Source: Octopus sinensis | Taxonomy: Eukaryota | Reading direction: 5' to 3' | DNA: 64,000 nucleotides | Assembly: GCF_006345805.1 (NCBI RefSeq) | Contig: NC_043000.1 | Coordinates: forward strand, 100,378,001 to 100,442,000 | Part shown: positions 13,025 to 26,225 of the stretch, piece by piece | Layout of the letters: each line of letters opens with the position of its first letter | How positions within the stretch are numbered: the stretch's first letter is position 1 | The notes under the pieces: generated by a model | What the model was told of the DNA's origin: nothing | The model's input: the letters and a program-made list of their open reading frames with translations, nothing else | The model's database searches: none | Program-made: the position numbers and the translations under genes

Positions 13025-13207
13025 TGAAATTTGGGGGAAGGGGCAAGTCGATTACATCGACCCCAGTACTAAACTGGAACTTAATTTATCGACCGCGGAA
13101 AGGATGAAGGGCAAAGTCGACCTCGGCGGAATTTGAACTCAGAACGTCGCGGCAGATGAAATACCGCTAAGCCCGGCCTACTAACGATTCTGCCAGCTCG
13201 CCGCCTT
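13025..13207 (-). mobile_element. SINE family A (tail ii)
   Basis: Reverse complement of head and core. Confidence 0.9.
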
Positions 13208-13514
13208 ATATACCATGTACTCTATTACATATATTAGACATTCCTCTCTTATTCGTTTGCCACAATTAAACGTTCGCTCGTGCGCGTGAGCACAGACACA
13301 GACACAAACACAGACACACCTTTTTAAATTATAGAAATCTTAGCTGTGATAGGAAATAGTTATAAATGTAAACATGTTTGCGATATGCAGAAAAAAAAGG
13401 TGACAGTTTCAAGACTATCACTTCGCATGTGCGCGTGTGCCTTTGTCTGTGAGCATATATTTATTATGCATTTAAAAAAAAGATAGGTGGCAACTACTTG
13501 AAAATTTCAGTCTG

Positions 13515-13579
13515 CTCTACCTACCTACCTACCTACTTATCTGTCTGTCTGTCAGTCTGTCTGTCTGTCTCTCTGTCTC

Positions 13580-13624
<45 letters not shown>

Positions 13625-13955
13625 TATATATATATATATATATATAATATATATATATATACTTATATATAACGAATGGACAAAAACAAGTAAAATAGGA
13701 AATAAAGCTAAAGTGAAGATCAAATAAATAGTGCGTGTTTTTATTGGCATAATGATCATCCCCAAATATAATATTATACATAAATACGTATACACACATA
13801 CATACAAACGTACGTACATACATACATACATTCATACATACATACATACATACATACATACATACATACATCATACATACATACATACACCCCTACACAC
13901 ATTCATACATACATACATGCATACACCCCTACACACATACATATATATATATATA

Positions 13956-14000
<45 letters not shown>
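13515..14000. repeat. Compound microsatellites (CCTA, GTCT, CT, TA, ATAC)
   Basis: Seen directly; interrupted by about 120 bp of non-repeat sequence. Confidence 0.9.
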
Positions 14001-14001
<1 letters not shown>

Positions 14002-14419
14002 ACTAATGTCGAACAGGGAGAATGGCTGCTCAGCACTGCAGTGATGGATAAATAGTCACCGTCTCGGAGTCGAGCATCAACGTCCCATGTAGCAGTTTTG
14101 GTAGTTGCTGAATTTTTCTCTCGGCATGAAACTAGTGGTAGGCTTGTCAACCCCACTTACACACACACATAATACACACGTACATATATATACACAGACA
14201 TGTTTTTCACACTCACATACATATAATTTTCCGTTCGGGCCGTCCCAAGCCAGTTTCAGTAAAATATTTCAGTGTTTTGTTTTTCTCCGAGAAAAAGATG
14301 CTAGCTCCTCGTACAACTCTTCTTTCTGTCAGAAGAAATGATCCTTCTGGATCTTTCTGACTGCGCAACCTACACTGTAAGAAGAGAGAAAGAGAAAAAG
14401 AAAGAAAGAAAGATAGGAG

Positions 14420-14518
14420 AAGGAGGAGGAGGAGAAAAAGAAGAAGAAGAAGAAGAAGAAGGAGGAGGAGGAGGAGAAAAAGAAGAAGAAGAAGAAGAAG
14501 AGAAGAAGAAGAAGGAAA
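14420..14518. repeat. (GAA/GGA)n purine repeat
   Basis: Seen directly. Confidence 0.9.
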
Positions 14519-14897
14519 AGAATCGGTCTCCGTAGCAAACTGGCAATTTATGAATCGACTCTCTAAGGATGGAAGGCTAGCCAATGCTGTAGTGTTTTGA
14601 ACAAAAATATCAGAGAGAAGATATAATGAAAGACCATCCATCTGACGTTCAAACAACCCTGCAACTATACACATATTTTTTATTCAAGGAAGTTGAAAAC
14701 CATAAGTTAAAGATAAATCAATAATTTATTGAATATATTATGAATATAACTTCGGAATGAAATTCGTGAATATGACCTACTCAGTAAATTATGTAAAATT
14801 GATTTTTCTACCATTTAGCCTTTTACATATGAGTGTTTATATTTACCTGATTTCTCTCTGTTTTATATATGTAGATATATATGTAGGTATATATATA

Positions 14898-14934
<37 letters not shown>

Positions 14935-14938
<4 letters not shown>

Positions 14939-15492
14939 GCGGTGTTCCACAGGGCACTGTCTTGGGACCACTGCTTTTTATAGTGGCCCTCTCAGATATG
15001 CCCTCAAATGCCCGGTTAGCCACTCTGGCCAGCTATGCAGACGATACGAAAGTCTCGCAGAAAATACAGAACCCCAGCGATGTTGCACACCTGCAGCAGG
15101 AGTTGGACTCAATCTACAGATGGGCTGAGGATAATAATATGCAGTTTAATTCCAAGCCCTGCGCTACCAGCATCCAAAACTGAATATTAAACTTACAGGA
15201 TACACTGGTCCACAGGGAATTTCAATCCCAGAGCCTAAGTCTGTGAGGGACCTGGGTATTGACATGAGTGATGATACCTCTTTCCAAGTGCACATTACCA
15301 GGATGGCGACAAAGTGCAGACGACTGGCTGGATGGATCCTAAGAACATTCAGAACCAGAAATAAGGAAACCATGATGGTCCTCTGGCGGACGTTTGTCCT
15401 CAGCCGCCTGGATTACTGCTCACAGCTATGGTCACCCACCAGTGTAAAATTAACAGCGGACCTTGAAGCAATCCAGAGAAGATTCACAACTA
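14935..15492 (+). mobile_element. CR1/L2/Jockey-group LINE RT fragment
   Basis: SGVPQGTVLGPLLF, YADDTK, RDLGI and SRLDYCSQLWSP; one frameshift; (TA)/(ATAC)n on both sides. Confidence 0.9.
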
Positions 15493-15557
15493 GAGGAAAA
15501 AAAAATATATACATACATACATACATACATAATACATATATATATATATATAGATAT

Positions 15558-15634
<77 letters not shown>

Positions 15635-15635
<1 letters not shown>

Positions 15636-16050
15636 CTATTATATAAAATCCGTCTGTCTGTGTGTGTGTCTTCTAGGATCTCTGGCATCCTCCATCCGAT
15701 TGCGCTCAAATTTGATATGTAGACACTGACGGTATAAGTCTTGAAAACTGTGAAGTCTTGAAAAAATTACAAAAATCGATTCCAGGTGAGAATGCGATCG
15801 ATAAAGCCGTGGGAACGTGCACTTGTACACGCAAGTACATCAGCTGTTGCAATCGATACTACGCATACGCGAGAAAAATGCACGTGCAGTTTGCGCCAAA
15901 AAAGCCGACTGACTTGAAATAATGCCACAAAATGCAGTATATTTAGAGACCAAAAAAGTAAGATGCAAAAGAGATATTTTCTTCAAACTTCGCATGAAGG
16001 AAGGAAAGAATATTTGGTTTCTCTAGGAGTTTTTTTTTGCCTTAACATCG
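15635..16050 (+). mobile_element. Helentron/DINE-like non-autonomous element, 5' part
   Basis: tctattatataaaa start followed by gtctgtctgtgtgtgt; 3' end not found. Confidence 0.5.
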
Positions 16051-16781
16051 TTTAACAAAACTAAAAATTTTATTGAAATAAAGGCATGCTTAATTATTTT
16101 TTAATGAAAAGAAAACACTGATTGCTTTTTAGTCAAGGAAGAAAATACTATTTTCTTGCTAATAAATGATTTTTGTTGCCTTAAAGCTTTAAACAAAAAA
16201 AAAAGTGAGTTTTTTAGTGAAAGAAAACCCTTATTGTATTCAATCAAGATTTTTGAGCTTTATTACAAGGTGAATGTAGTCAAAAGACTATTTGCTTGCT
16301 TCTTAATCGTGCAATATTTGCATTTTCTAAACGTACACAATTAACCTACAATTGACCGTTTTTTTTTGGGGGGGGGGTGAAAATGCGCTACTTTTGCATT
16401 TTTAATTACAATTGTGTTATTGTTTTAAAGGTTGCACCTTCCATTTTTTGTTGTTTTTGTACTGCTTAAAGGCAATTTTCTTTCCTGCCAAGCTTACTGT
16501 TTGAATCATGTTTGTGTTCTCCCATTCAACAGCCTTATCATTACTGGTACTTTGAACTCTTCGGTTGCATATTTGTGTGAATAAAATCGTTTTTCTTTGG
16601 AATAGAAAAAAAGTTTATCTTTATTTCTTCTTTTGCTGGTGTTTCAAATTTAGGTTAAATCAGTGTTTCGCAAAGGGGAGGCCTATGGGACGGTCGGACA
16701 AGTTGTTTTGAGAAAATTTGGTTTAAATGTTTGACAACTCAGCACCGTCCATTGGACGGGGGGGGGGGCGTTTTGTTCGTG

Positions 16782-16823
<42 letters not shown>

Positions 16824-17479
16824 GTTCATAGCGAGTGGAACCTCAGAAGTGGTAAAATTCAAGTGAGGTGTATACTGCCGGTTACTCTTCAGGCCAAGGA
16901 TATCTTGATTAGAATAAACACTGCATTTAACTCTTTATACCCCAAGCACTTCTTTAAATTGATGCAAGTCGACATTGATTAATAGCAAACCAATATTTCT
17001 CCTTTTCTTACACACACACACAAGTTTAATCTCTCTTTTTAACACTCTCTTTCTCTGTCTCTCTGTGTCTCTCTCTGTCTCTCTCCGCGCACACATATGT
17101 ACATATCCTTTAGATAATTTAGACATGCTTTGAATATTATTGGTCCGAATCATGTATAACTATCACGATCTATCATCACTAAAAGCCACTCGACTAGGTA
17201 TCCAGGTATCTGGTATTTCCTGGAGGAATTTGTCCAGATACCATTTGAATGCTAAGGAGTCTTTTACTTTCATATTTCTGTTGAATAAAGCAGGGTCTAT
17301 TAAAGTAAAAAGAAAAAGAAATATGATGCAATGTTGTTAAATGATGTGAGCGCACCTCGAGGTTGCCAGTATGCTGAAACCAATTTGTTTCTATTTCTCT
17401 GCAGTTGGAACCCTGAAATTCAATTTCATGCGATGTGAGCCATGCTATTTAACGTTGTTATTTTTGTAAGGTACTCGTA

Positions 17480-17700
17480 TCGAATTATATACAGATAACC
17501 GTGTCATGTTGTGACCAGAAATACCTGTTGTTTGTTCTGAAAATTACGGATAAAAACGATATTAGTGGTGTTGGTGATGAAGACCAGGTCGAGTATGTTG
17601 TCTTATATAGTCAGAGAGGTAATGAATTGTGGCATATTGAGGGCTGTAGTGGTATGAAGGAGAGCTTCCGTATCCCTTCTGTTTAACGCTGTACTTTTTG
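17480..17700 (-). mobile_element. Degenerate APE endonuclease fragment of a LINE
   Basis: DNILDLVFITN motif on the minus strand. Confidence 0.5.
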
Positions 17701-18989
17701 ACTGGGTCTAGCTCTCTGGTTTGCTTATCTTTAGAAAATTTACTTTTCCCACTAAACATACTTTAGCTTGTAATTTAGCACCATTTAGGATTTCACTTAT
17801 GCGTAATAAAGCATCCTCAAAGTGATTTCCATAATTAACGGGTAATGTCAGTTAACATAATTTTCCGGTAAAAAAAGAAATTAACTACATTAAAAATAAA
17901 ATAGTAGTAATATCACTGTAATAAACTATCTTAATAATCCCATAAATAATGATAGATAAATAAACTTAATTAAAATTGCTGATTTATCGGTCAAAAACTT
18001 GAATGTGTTTGGGCCTTTACTGAAAGGGAAATTTTTTTCCAGGTACACCATAATAACGGTTATCTCTCATTTTAATTTTCTGTTTCTCAGTGGAGTGTCG
18101 ACATGAAAATTAGTTTTGAAATATATACGATTTTTTCCAATTATTATTTATGCATAAAAATGTATGCTACAAAATTTTTCAAATTATTATACAATAACTA
18201 GACATAGATATTAAATAGCACAATTTAAGCTCCATAAAACATTGATTAAATTAGTCAATAAATTCAATATTACTTTTCCTTTCTACGGTAAAGTAGGCAA
18301 ATCTGTTAAACATTAAATTCCCCATATTATTTCTCAAAGCTAAATTTTTGCTTCAATATTTTTTGTTTCTTCATTCGTACTTTTCTATAATTTGATTTAT
18401 ACAAATATTGCATAATATTTTGGTAATATCTGTCTTATCGTAAAAGGTAAGTTAAAAGCTCTAAACATTTGACCTCGTATATGGTAGATACACACATACA
18501 AACACATACACACATGTGTATATGTATAGATATGTGTGTATGCATGTATATATGTGTGTATATGACTAAAATTAGAAAGCTATAAAATTGCAAATTTAAT
18601 AAAATAACAATTTATCCCTTTTTTCTCTGTATATATTTCGATTTAAATTTACCTTTACGAATTATCCGGTGAAACAGAGACAGAGAATGAAAATATGATA
18701 ATAAAGGTGTTACAAAAAAAAAAGTATGAACCGTTAGTTGTAAAGACCAATTTGAAAATTTTAGAATTCAAATGTATATGATACAACGCTAGAGCGTTTT
18801 GTCAACCGCAATCTCTGTTTCCGCAAAAATTATATCACAGTATAAGGCCCTGCAACAAAAAGCTAGTATCAAAGGCAATTTATCGGAAATTTACTGTTTT
18901 GAGATACATTCACTGAGATTTTTAAAGTAGTTAGTCAGTCTGTTGAAAACATAAAAAATATACATTACCTTAAGTTCATCGTGACCGCT

Positions 18990-19160
18990 CCTGGATAAAA
19001 ATATCGAAAAAAATGGCACCTCTCTGCCAAACCACGTCGAGCTAGCGTGGCAGAGTAGACCCATGAAACCAATATGATCTCAAGCTCAAATTCACGGCTT
19101 CCACCGTAGTTGATGGAGAGAACTTGCTGAGGCCTTCGTCCTGCAGTGGACTGAACATAG
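18990..19160 (+). mobile_element. RTE-clade LINE 3' end
   Basis: WRELAEAFVLQWTE, the characteristic RTE ORF C-terminal motif. Confidence 0.7.
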
Positions 19161-19907
19161 TCAATCCAATTCAGGTTCGTGTAGTATGGCATTAAAATGA
19201 TCAAATGCGTCAAAGGTCTTTCCCAAGCCATAGACTCTTAAAGCCTGTTTAACGGATTTTGTGGCGTATATATCAACCCTTGGACGGAAGTCGGCTCGTT
19301 GCAGGATTACCCACGATTAAAACGATCAGTGATGTTTATTTTAAACAGAAATTTGAAATCCGTGACAATGCAATTTCATTTTTTTATTAATTATATTCGG
19401 CTTGAAAGATCCTTCTAAAATATACAGTAAAACAGACAAAAATGAAGAAAAATAATATTTAAGACATAAAATATATTCACCGCTGGTTGCTGAGGTCGAT
19501 TTGAAAATGTTCAAATGCAAATGTAATAAAAATTCTCATGAATCTACTGTGTACAGTTGCATCATTTATAATGCCTACACACACATACACACACACACAC
19601 ACACACACATTTATATAAGCATATAAATATATTATTACATATATGTATATATGTATATATATATATATGTACATATATATAAATGGCGTGTAAATGGCGG
19701 TGCCCCAGCATGGCCACAGCTCATTAGCTGAAACTGGAAAAAAAAATCAAAATATATATATATATATATACGTGTGTGTGTGTGTGTAATGTGTTATCCA
19801 TTATATAGGAGTTTGTGTGTATATCTCACACGTAAATATGTGTATATATATATATATACATATATATATACGTGTGCGTGTGTGTATTTGTTTGTATGTG
19901 ACTGTTT

Positions 19908-19940
<33 letters not shown>

Positions 19941-20579
19941 TCCATTTATGATCGTGTAAGTATGAAGCTAGCTTTACAAACGTGGTTTTAGTATCGAAGC
20001 AATTGTGACAGATCTTAGTGGACGATGCTGATGTAAGTAAAGTTTGAAACCTATCGGGTTTATATAGACATATGTATGACCGCAAAATGGTTGAACACAA
20101 ACACATACACACACACACACACGCATGCATACATATATATATATATATATATAATATATATATATATATCTATATATATATATATATATATATATGCGTG
20201 TGTGTATGTATGTATATATGTATGTATATGATCATCATCATAATTATCGTTTTTAACGTTTTTCTTTATGATGAAACTAATTGAAGACGTCACAATCATT
20301 TGACATCGTAATGCTGACTCTCATCATTTGATATGTGACGTTATCATGTCTTCTCATGTTTCCTAATCTTTCTTCAGCATGGACTCCTTTCATTCTCAGT
20401 ACACAACAGCATCTCTAATTTTTTCTTCACACCAACAAAACAGCATCTAATATCATTGCACAGCCTGCTTTCACTAGAAGGAACCAAATGACATCCCTAA
20501 ACCTCATGCCATCTTGAAATGAGAAACAAAATTGTTTCGAATTTTGACGCAAGGCAAACAATATTTGGGAAAGAGTCAG

Positions 20580-20655
20580 GTCGATACAATCTACCCAAGT
20601 AGACCCCAAAAGGATGAAACGCAAAGCTGACCTCGGCGGGATTTGAACTCAGAAA
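20580..20655 (-). mobile_element. SINE family A remnant
   Basis: gacctcggcgggatttgaactcagaa. Confidence 0.7.
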
Positions 20656-21221
20656 GTAATGGATAATTGTTCTTCAGTACAGTGAAATGTAAATCGCGAG
20701 GCAGCGGTTTTCATCGGCAATTGAAAAACAAAAAGCGGAATAAACTGGTATATCACAAGGCAGAGAGGCTGTGCAAATGTTTAAGCAGTCTCCAAGTCCC
20801 CCCCCCCCGCCCAGGAAAGAGATACGAAATATTTCTTGTTTCATTTCTCACTAACGAAATACATTACACAATGATTTTTTAAAACACTTTTGAACTGTTT
20901 ATAAAATTAGACACACATTCACTTTGCTGGAATGTAATTTGATCAAGAAACTATTCGGTTAAGTCTGACCCTGGGATAAGCAACAACACCTAATGAATTT
21001 CAGTTATCAATGACTCTTTATTCTTAATTGATATCCACATTAACACTGTCGTCATTTTCTCTGTACTTCACGTACTAATATGTACATATATATCAGCACC
21101 CACGCACATACTCAACTACGTCTATGTGCATGCATGATGCATACGCACATGACATATATTTAAACATCTATACATACATAAATGCATGGCAACATACACA
21201 CACACACATATATATATATAT

Positions 21222-21451
21222 AAATTTAAATAATAGGTGCAAAAAATTGATATTAATTTCATTAATATCAATTTAAACCAGTGGTTTAGCATATTGAAAA
21301 TATCTGAAGATTCAGAAAGATTATATTACATACATATAAGAGGGATGAACACTAGGTGGACATACAAAATGCTAAATGTATACCCCCTTAGTGTTCAGAC
21401 CATATGGGGTCTACATTTAGCATATTGGATGTCCACCTAGTGGTCATCCCT

Positions 21452-21457
<6 letters not shown>
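21222..21457. mobile_element. (TA)n-embedded fold-back element with left tail
   Basis: Imperfect hairpin 21335-21457 (tataagagggatgaacactaggtggac / gtccacctagtggtcatccctcttata); tail 21222-21334. Confidence 0.8.
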
Positions 21458-21487
<30 letters not shown>

Positions 21488-21497
21488 GATGCATGTA

Positions 21498-22520
21498 CGA
21501 GGGTAAGTCAAAGATTATACGCACTCTTATTTCTCTAATTTATTAAAACAAAAGCAGGGGTTGAATAATTATATCATCTTCCAATGTTATCTCCTTGCAC
21601 TTCTTTCAGCGGCCCACAAGCTTGCTTATTCCATCAGAGAAGATTTTGGAATGGTCGCGAAGCCATTTATGAACCGCTTTCTGCGCTTCTTCGTCCATAG
21701 CAAATCGACAACTTTGTAAAGGTTGTTTGAGCGCTCAAAACTGAATATAGTCGGAAACGGAGAGATCTGAATTGGAAACCTGATTTTTCATTGGTTTCAA
21801 CGGCGTGGGCAGCCGTATTTGAGCATGCGTTGTTGTGCAACAATAGCACTTGCATTGACAATAGACATCGCCGTTTAGTGCGAATTACTGTGTGCCAGTA
21901 TTTAACTGTAGCCTACACTGGTTACTGTATATCTCTTTTTCAGGCAATGCTTCAGTATAAGCTCTTTTACATCCTCAAACTGGTTAGCATCAGATTTTCC
22001 GTGGAAACTTAAGTCTTAAATTTATTTCTCGTTGGCGATTCCGGGTGTTTCCACTCAGTACTCTACCTTTTGGATTCTGTCTCAAAGTGATGAATCCAGA
22101 TCTTATCTCCTGTGACAAATGTCTCCAAAACGGTTTCATCGTTGTAGTGGTCGATTAAGCGTTGACAAATCCCCACACGACTGCGTTTATGCGTTTCATT
22201 AAGCTCCCTTAGCATCCATCTTACACAGATATTACGGAAACTAAGCTTGTGGACGATTTCGTATGCAGAGCCATGACTAGTTTGTAGAGAACATGCCACC
22301 TCATCGATGGTCACTTATCGGTTCGCCAGAACCATCTCTCAATCTTGTTGAATATTCACGTTAGTAGCGGAGGTACGCGAATATATTGATCCCACGCTAC
22401 ACGCTTGTCCGGCAGTTTTTAAGCTTCTCAATCAATTCATATATACATTTCCACTGTAGAGTGCTGTCTTTGTATTGTACTGAAAGTCTGCGATGAATTT
22501 TAACCCCTGTCATGCCTTTC
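21498..22520 (-). pseudogene. Mariner transposon relic (transposase pseudogene, one TIR)
   Basis: TIR cgagggtaagtcaaagattatacgcact after TA; TIDEVACSLQTSHGSAYEIVH..CVRW..FVTGDKIWIHHF; second TIR not found. Confidence 0.85.
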
Positions 22521-23594
22521 ATCTAGAGAAACCAGACAGTCGACGAAACGGCCACGTTTACTCTGTAACACAAGAATGAACACTGGATCGGTTCAGGTCA
22601 AATCTCGATTACTTAAAACCATATGAATACCAGATCTTAGCATGCGAGCCTTGAAGACAGTGTGGACAACCTAAAGAAAGTTTTGGCGAAATTGCAGCTA
22701 ATTGCAACACTTGGTATAAAGTATATTATTTCATTAAACCGAGTTTTATTCTCCTAGCAAGAATTCTAAACCAGTATGATCGTCAGTAGAAAAAGAAAAA
22801 ATACTTCTTCCACTCTCCGCGCTGGCTGTGCATACATTGGAACATATTCATTCTTTTGATAATGGTTATCATGGCTAGTTTCTGTTTTATTAATTAGTTG
22901 CGTTTTATTTATTTTATTTTATTTTATTTTGTTTTGTATTTTCATCGACCTACTTCACTGTTTAACTAAATCGCTTCTGAGACTCTGTTTGCTCGAAGTT
23001 AGTATCAAGGAATTCTTTTATCTGTATAGCGTTTACCATTGGCATTGATTAATTAGCTGGTAATCACCGATAGACCCAAGTGACTTATTCTTCATTCTTC
23101 ATTGGGTTTGTTTGCAAAAGAAAAAGAAAGAAAGCTTATTAAACGCACGCCTGCAAATTTATCCACGAACATACTGCATATATACACAAACGCACGTGTG
23201 TGCGCGCGCAACACATACACACACACAAACAAACACCCACACACACCTAATATATATATATAGATATATATAGATGCTTGTGTTTATGTTCAGTATAATA
23301 ATAAAAAAAATTTTACATTAATCTGATACTTTATCATATACTCTCGTAGAGTACAGATTTATCATTCTTAAACAAGGATATTATTGGCAGTGACTTCGAA
23401 GTTCCGTACAGCTAACCCAAAATCGGGCGATGGTCTAGCTAGTAGAAACTTCCAAGTGAGTGTTAATAATATTCTTGCTCCAAAATAACAACAGCAAGAA
23501 TTTTATATATATATATATATATAGGATATAATGGCACATCAAGGTACCAATTTTTGCTGGAAAATAATACTATTGTATAGTAATAATATTTATA

Positions 23595-23641
<47 letters not shown>

Positions 23642-23662
23642 GTGTGTGTGTGTGTGTGTGTG

Positions 23663-23699
<37 letters not shown>

Positions 23700-23700
<1 letters not shown>

Positions 23701-23894
23701 CCGCGTGCGTATCGTTGGCGATTTTCTTCCCCGTTTTCCCTTCCTTGGACTTTTCTTTTTTCTATATTTCTGAGGAAGAGCTCCGCTCGAAAGATTAGAT
23801 CCTCCTTCTTTCTTTCCTTTCCTGAGCGTCCAGTAACATTATACTTGTTCCATGTCCTCATGTTGTTGTGTTTTCTCTTTGTTCAAGTTTGGAT

Positions 23895-23900
<6 letters not shown>
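23700..23900 (+). mobile_element. Solo PLE 3' end with hammerhead motif (family H1)
   Basis: CTGAGGA-agagctccgctc-GAAA at 23770-23792; homologous to 29413-29600 and 62480-62732; lies between (TG)n and (TA)n. Confidence 0.75.
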
Positions 23901-23927
<27 letters not shown>

Positions 23928-23929
<2 letters not shown>

Positions 23930-24232
23930 CTTGAGGTTGAGGTTATAAGAGATAATGGTGTCATTGAGACCCAAAGGTGTCAGGTAATGGTGAATAGGTG
24001 CTATAGACAGACCAGAGTTAAGTTCCAGATTCGGTAATATTGCGAATAAAGGGTTCAAGTTTGTTCTATGTCAGCGTGTATATATAAGAATGTTTTGCGT
24101 AATGGGATAAAAATCCAAGGCTGTATAGATATTAGAGCATTTATAGATAGAAAGACCTTCTAACTATAAATACTCTAATATCTATACAGCCTTGGTTTTT
24201 TTTTATCTCATTACGCAAAAAATTCTTATATA
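23928..24232. mobile_element. (TA)n-embedded fold-back element with left tail
   Basis: Arms 24079-24146 and 24164-24232; tail 23928-24078. Confidence 0.8.
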
Positions 24233-24243
24233 TATATATACAG

Positions 24244-24280
<37 letters not shown>

Positions 24281-24317
24281 AAAAAAGGTTTGAAAATGCA
24301 ATTTAAACGATGTTTAT

Positions 24318-24362
24318 TTACTTAACCGGTTTCACTCTTTGGTAAAAGATTGTCAAAAGTAA
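24318..24362 (-). ncRNA. Type I hammerhead ribozyme, U3-A8 variant
   Basis: ttactt-TTGACAA-tcttt/aaaga-gtGAAA-ccgg-TT-aagtaa: 6-bp stem I and palindromic stem III. Confidence 0.65.
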
Positions 24363-24949
24363 CTTTGAATATTATGGTTCAAAAAAAGTTTTTTACATAA
24401 TTGTCACATTGAATATTATGAATTCAAAAATGTTTTTTATACATAATTGTCACATTACATGTATAAATATAGTATAAAAAAGTTCAATAGTATGATGAGA
24501 ATATTTGGAAAAATTGGCAGAAAAGAATAAAACAATATATTATTGGAAATTTGGTTGTGTTAATTATTGGTTGTCGCAAATTGTCACATTACATGTATAT
24601 ATATACAGTCTTTGGTAGAAAGGACATGTTAAAGACATAAGGAAGTGTAATAGTTTGGTGAGAAAGCTTGTAATATTGACAGAGAAAATTAAAATGGATA
24701 TTTTAGACATCTCAGAATATTTTGAATCGAAGGCGAGAATTTGTTTTTTAACTGACCTGTTTGTTTTAGCAAAAAGTTGGATTGAGAGAAAAAAAGATAT
24801 GTACCCAGTTTGGTTTATACTTCCCCTTCAAGCATCAGTGATTTTGGGGTTATTGGGAGGTGAGTATGCGGGTGTGAATAGATGCGTCCGTGTGCCTGCT
24901 GGTCAGACAGCGTCTGTTTGTCACACACATATATACACACACACACAAC

Positions 24950-26225
24950 AACAATACACACACACATAGTATACACACACACACCACATACACACAACAC
25001 ACACACACAGAACACACACACACACAACGCAACCACATATATAATATATACACACAGCACACAAATATAAACATGTATTTTATATAATATACACACATAT
25101 ATACACACATACACACACAACACACACACACACACACACACCACACACAAACACACGCACACATATATACATAATATAAATATCACACAAATACACCTAG
25201 CATATATATACACATACAATACACGTACACAGCATGTATATAATACACATACACAATATATGCATGCAATATACATACGCAATACATACATATAATATGA
25301 TATATATAGACAATGCATATACATATATACATATATACATATAAATAGTGTTTACATACACATACATAGATATACCACATATACACACAATATACATACA
25401 TACAATGCATACACATACACGTACGCATACATATAATATATATAGACACACACACACATAACATACATAACAATGCATACATATATATACATGCAACGTA
25501 TATACATGTATTCATGTATATATAGCACACTTACAATATACATATATACAATGCACACATACACACATATATACACTTAATTGTACACATACATATACAG
25601 TACACATACATACAATATACATATACACAATGCGCATGCAAATAATGCACATGTTTATACACACATATACATGAAAATATATATACACACACACATACAC
25701 AACACCATATATATATATACACATATATATATATATATACATATACATACATACATACATGCACATACATATATTTTTCACACACATACACACAACATAT
25801 ATATAAAATTCACACACACACCCACACACCACAAAATACAAACCTATAGCGTACACACTCAAATATATCTCTACATACCGCCACACACACAAACAATGTA
25901 CTCACATATACACACATACCATGCATAACACACACAGCACACACACATATATATATATATAAAAAACAAATACACATGTAAATACATACACACGTACACA
26001 ATGCTCACACACACACACACATACACACACACCGCACACAGTGCACACACACACACATATATACACACGTGCACACACACACACACAACGCGCGCACACA
26101 ACACACACATACACACACGCACACACAACACACACACACATATACACACGCGCACACACACAACGTGCACACTCACACACACAACACAACCCCACACACA
26201 TACATAACTACATATATATAATGCA
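24950..26225. repeat. Degenerate (CA)/(TA) compound array inside the PLE 3' region
   Basis: Seen directly. Confidence 0.9.

Noticed and set aside
14000-14160. TA/CA-flanked 160-bp segment with catGAAAC
   Set aside because: The 5' core reads CTGAATT and stem I does not pair; at most a decayed PLE end.
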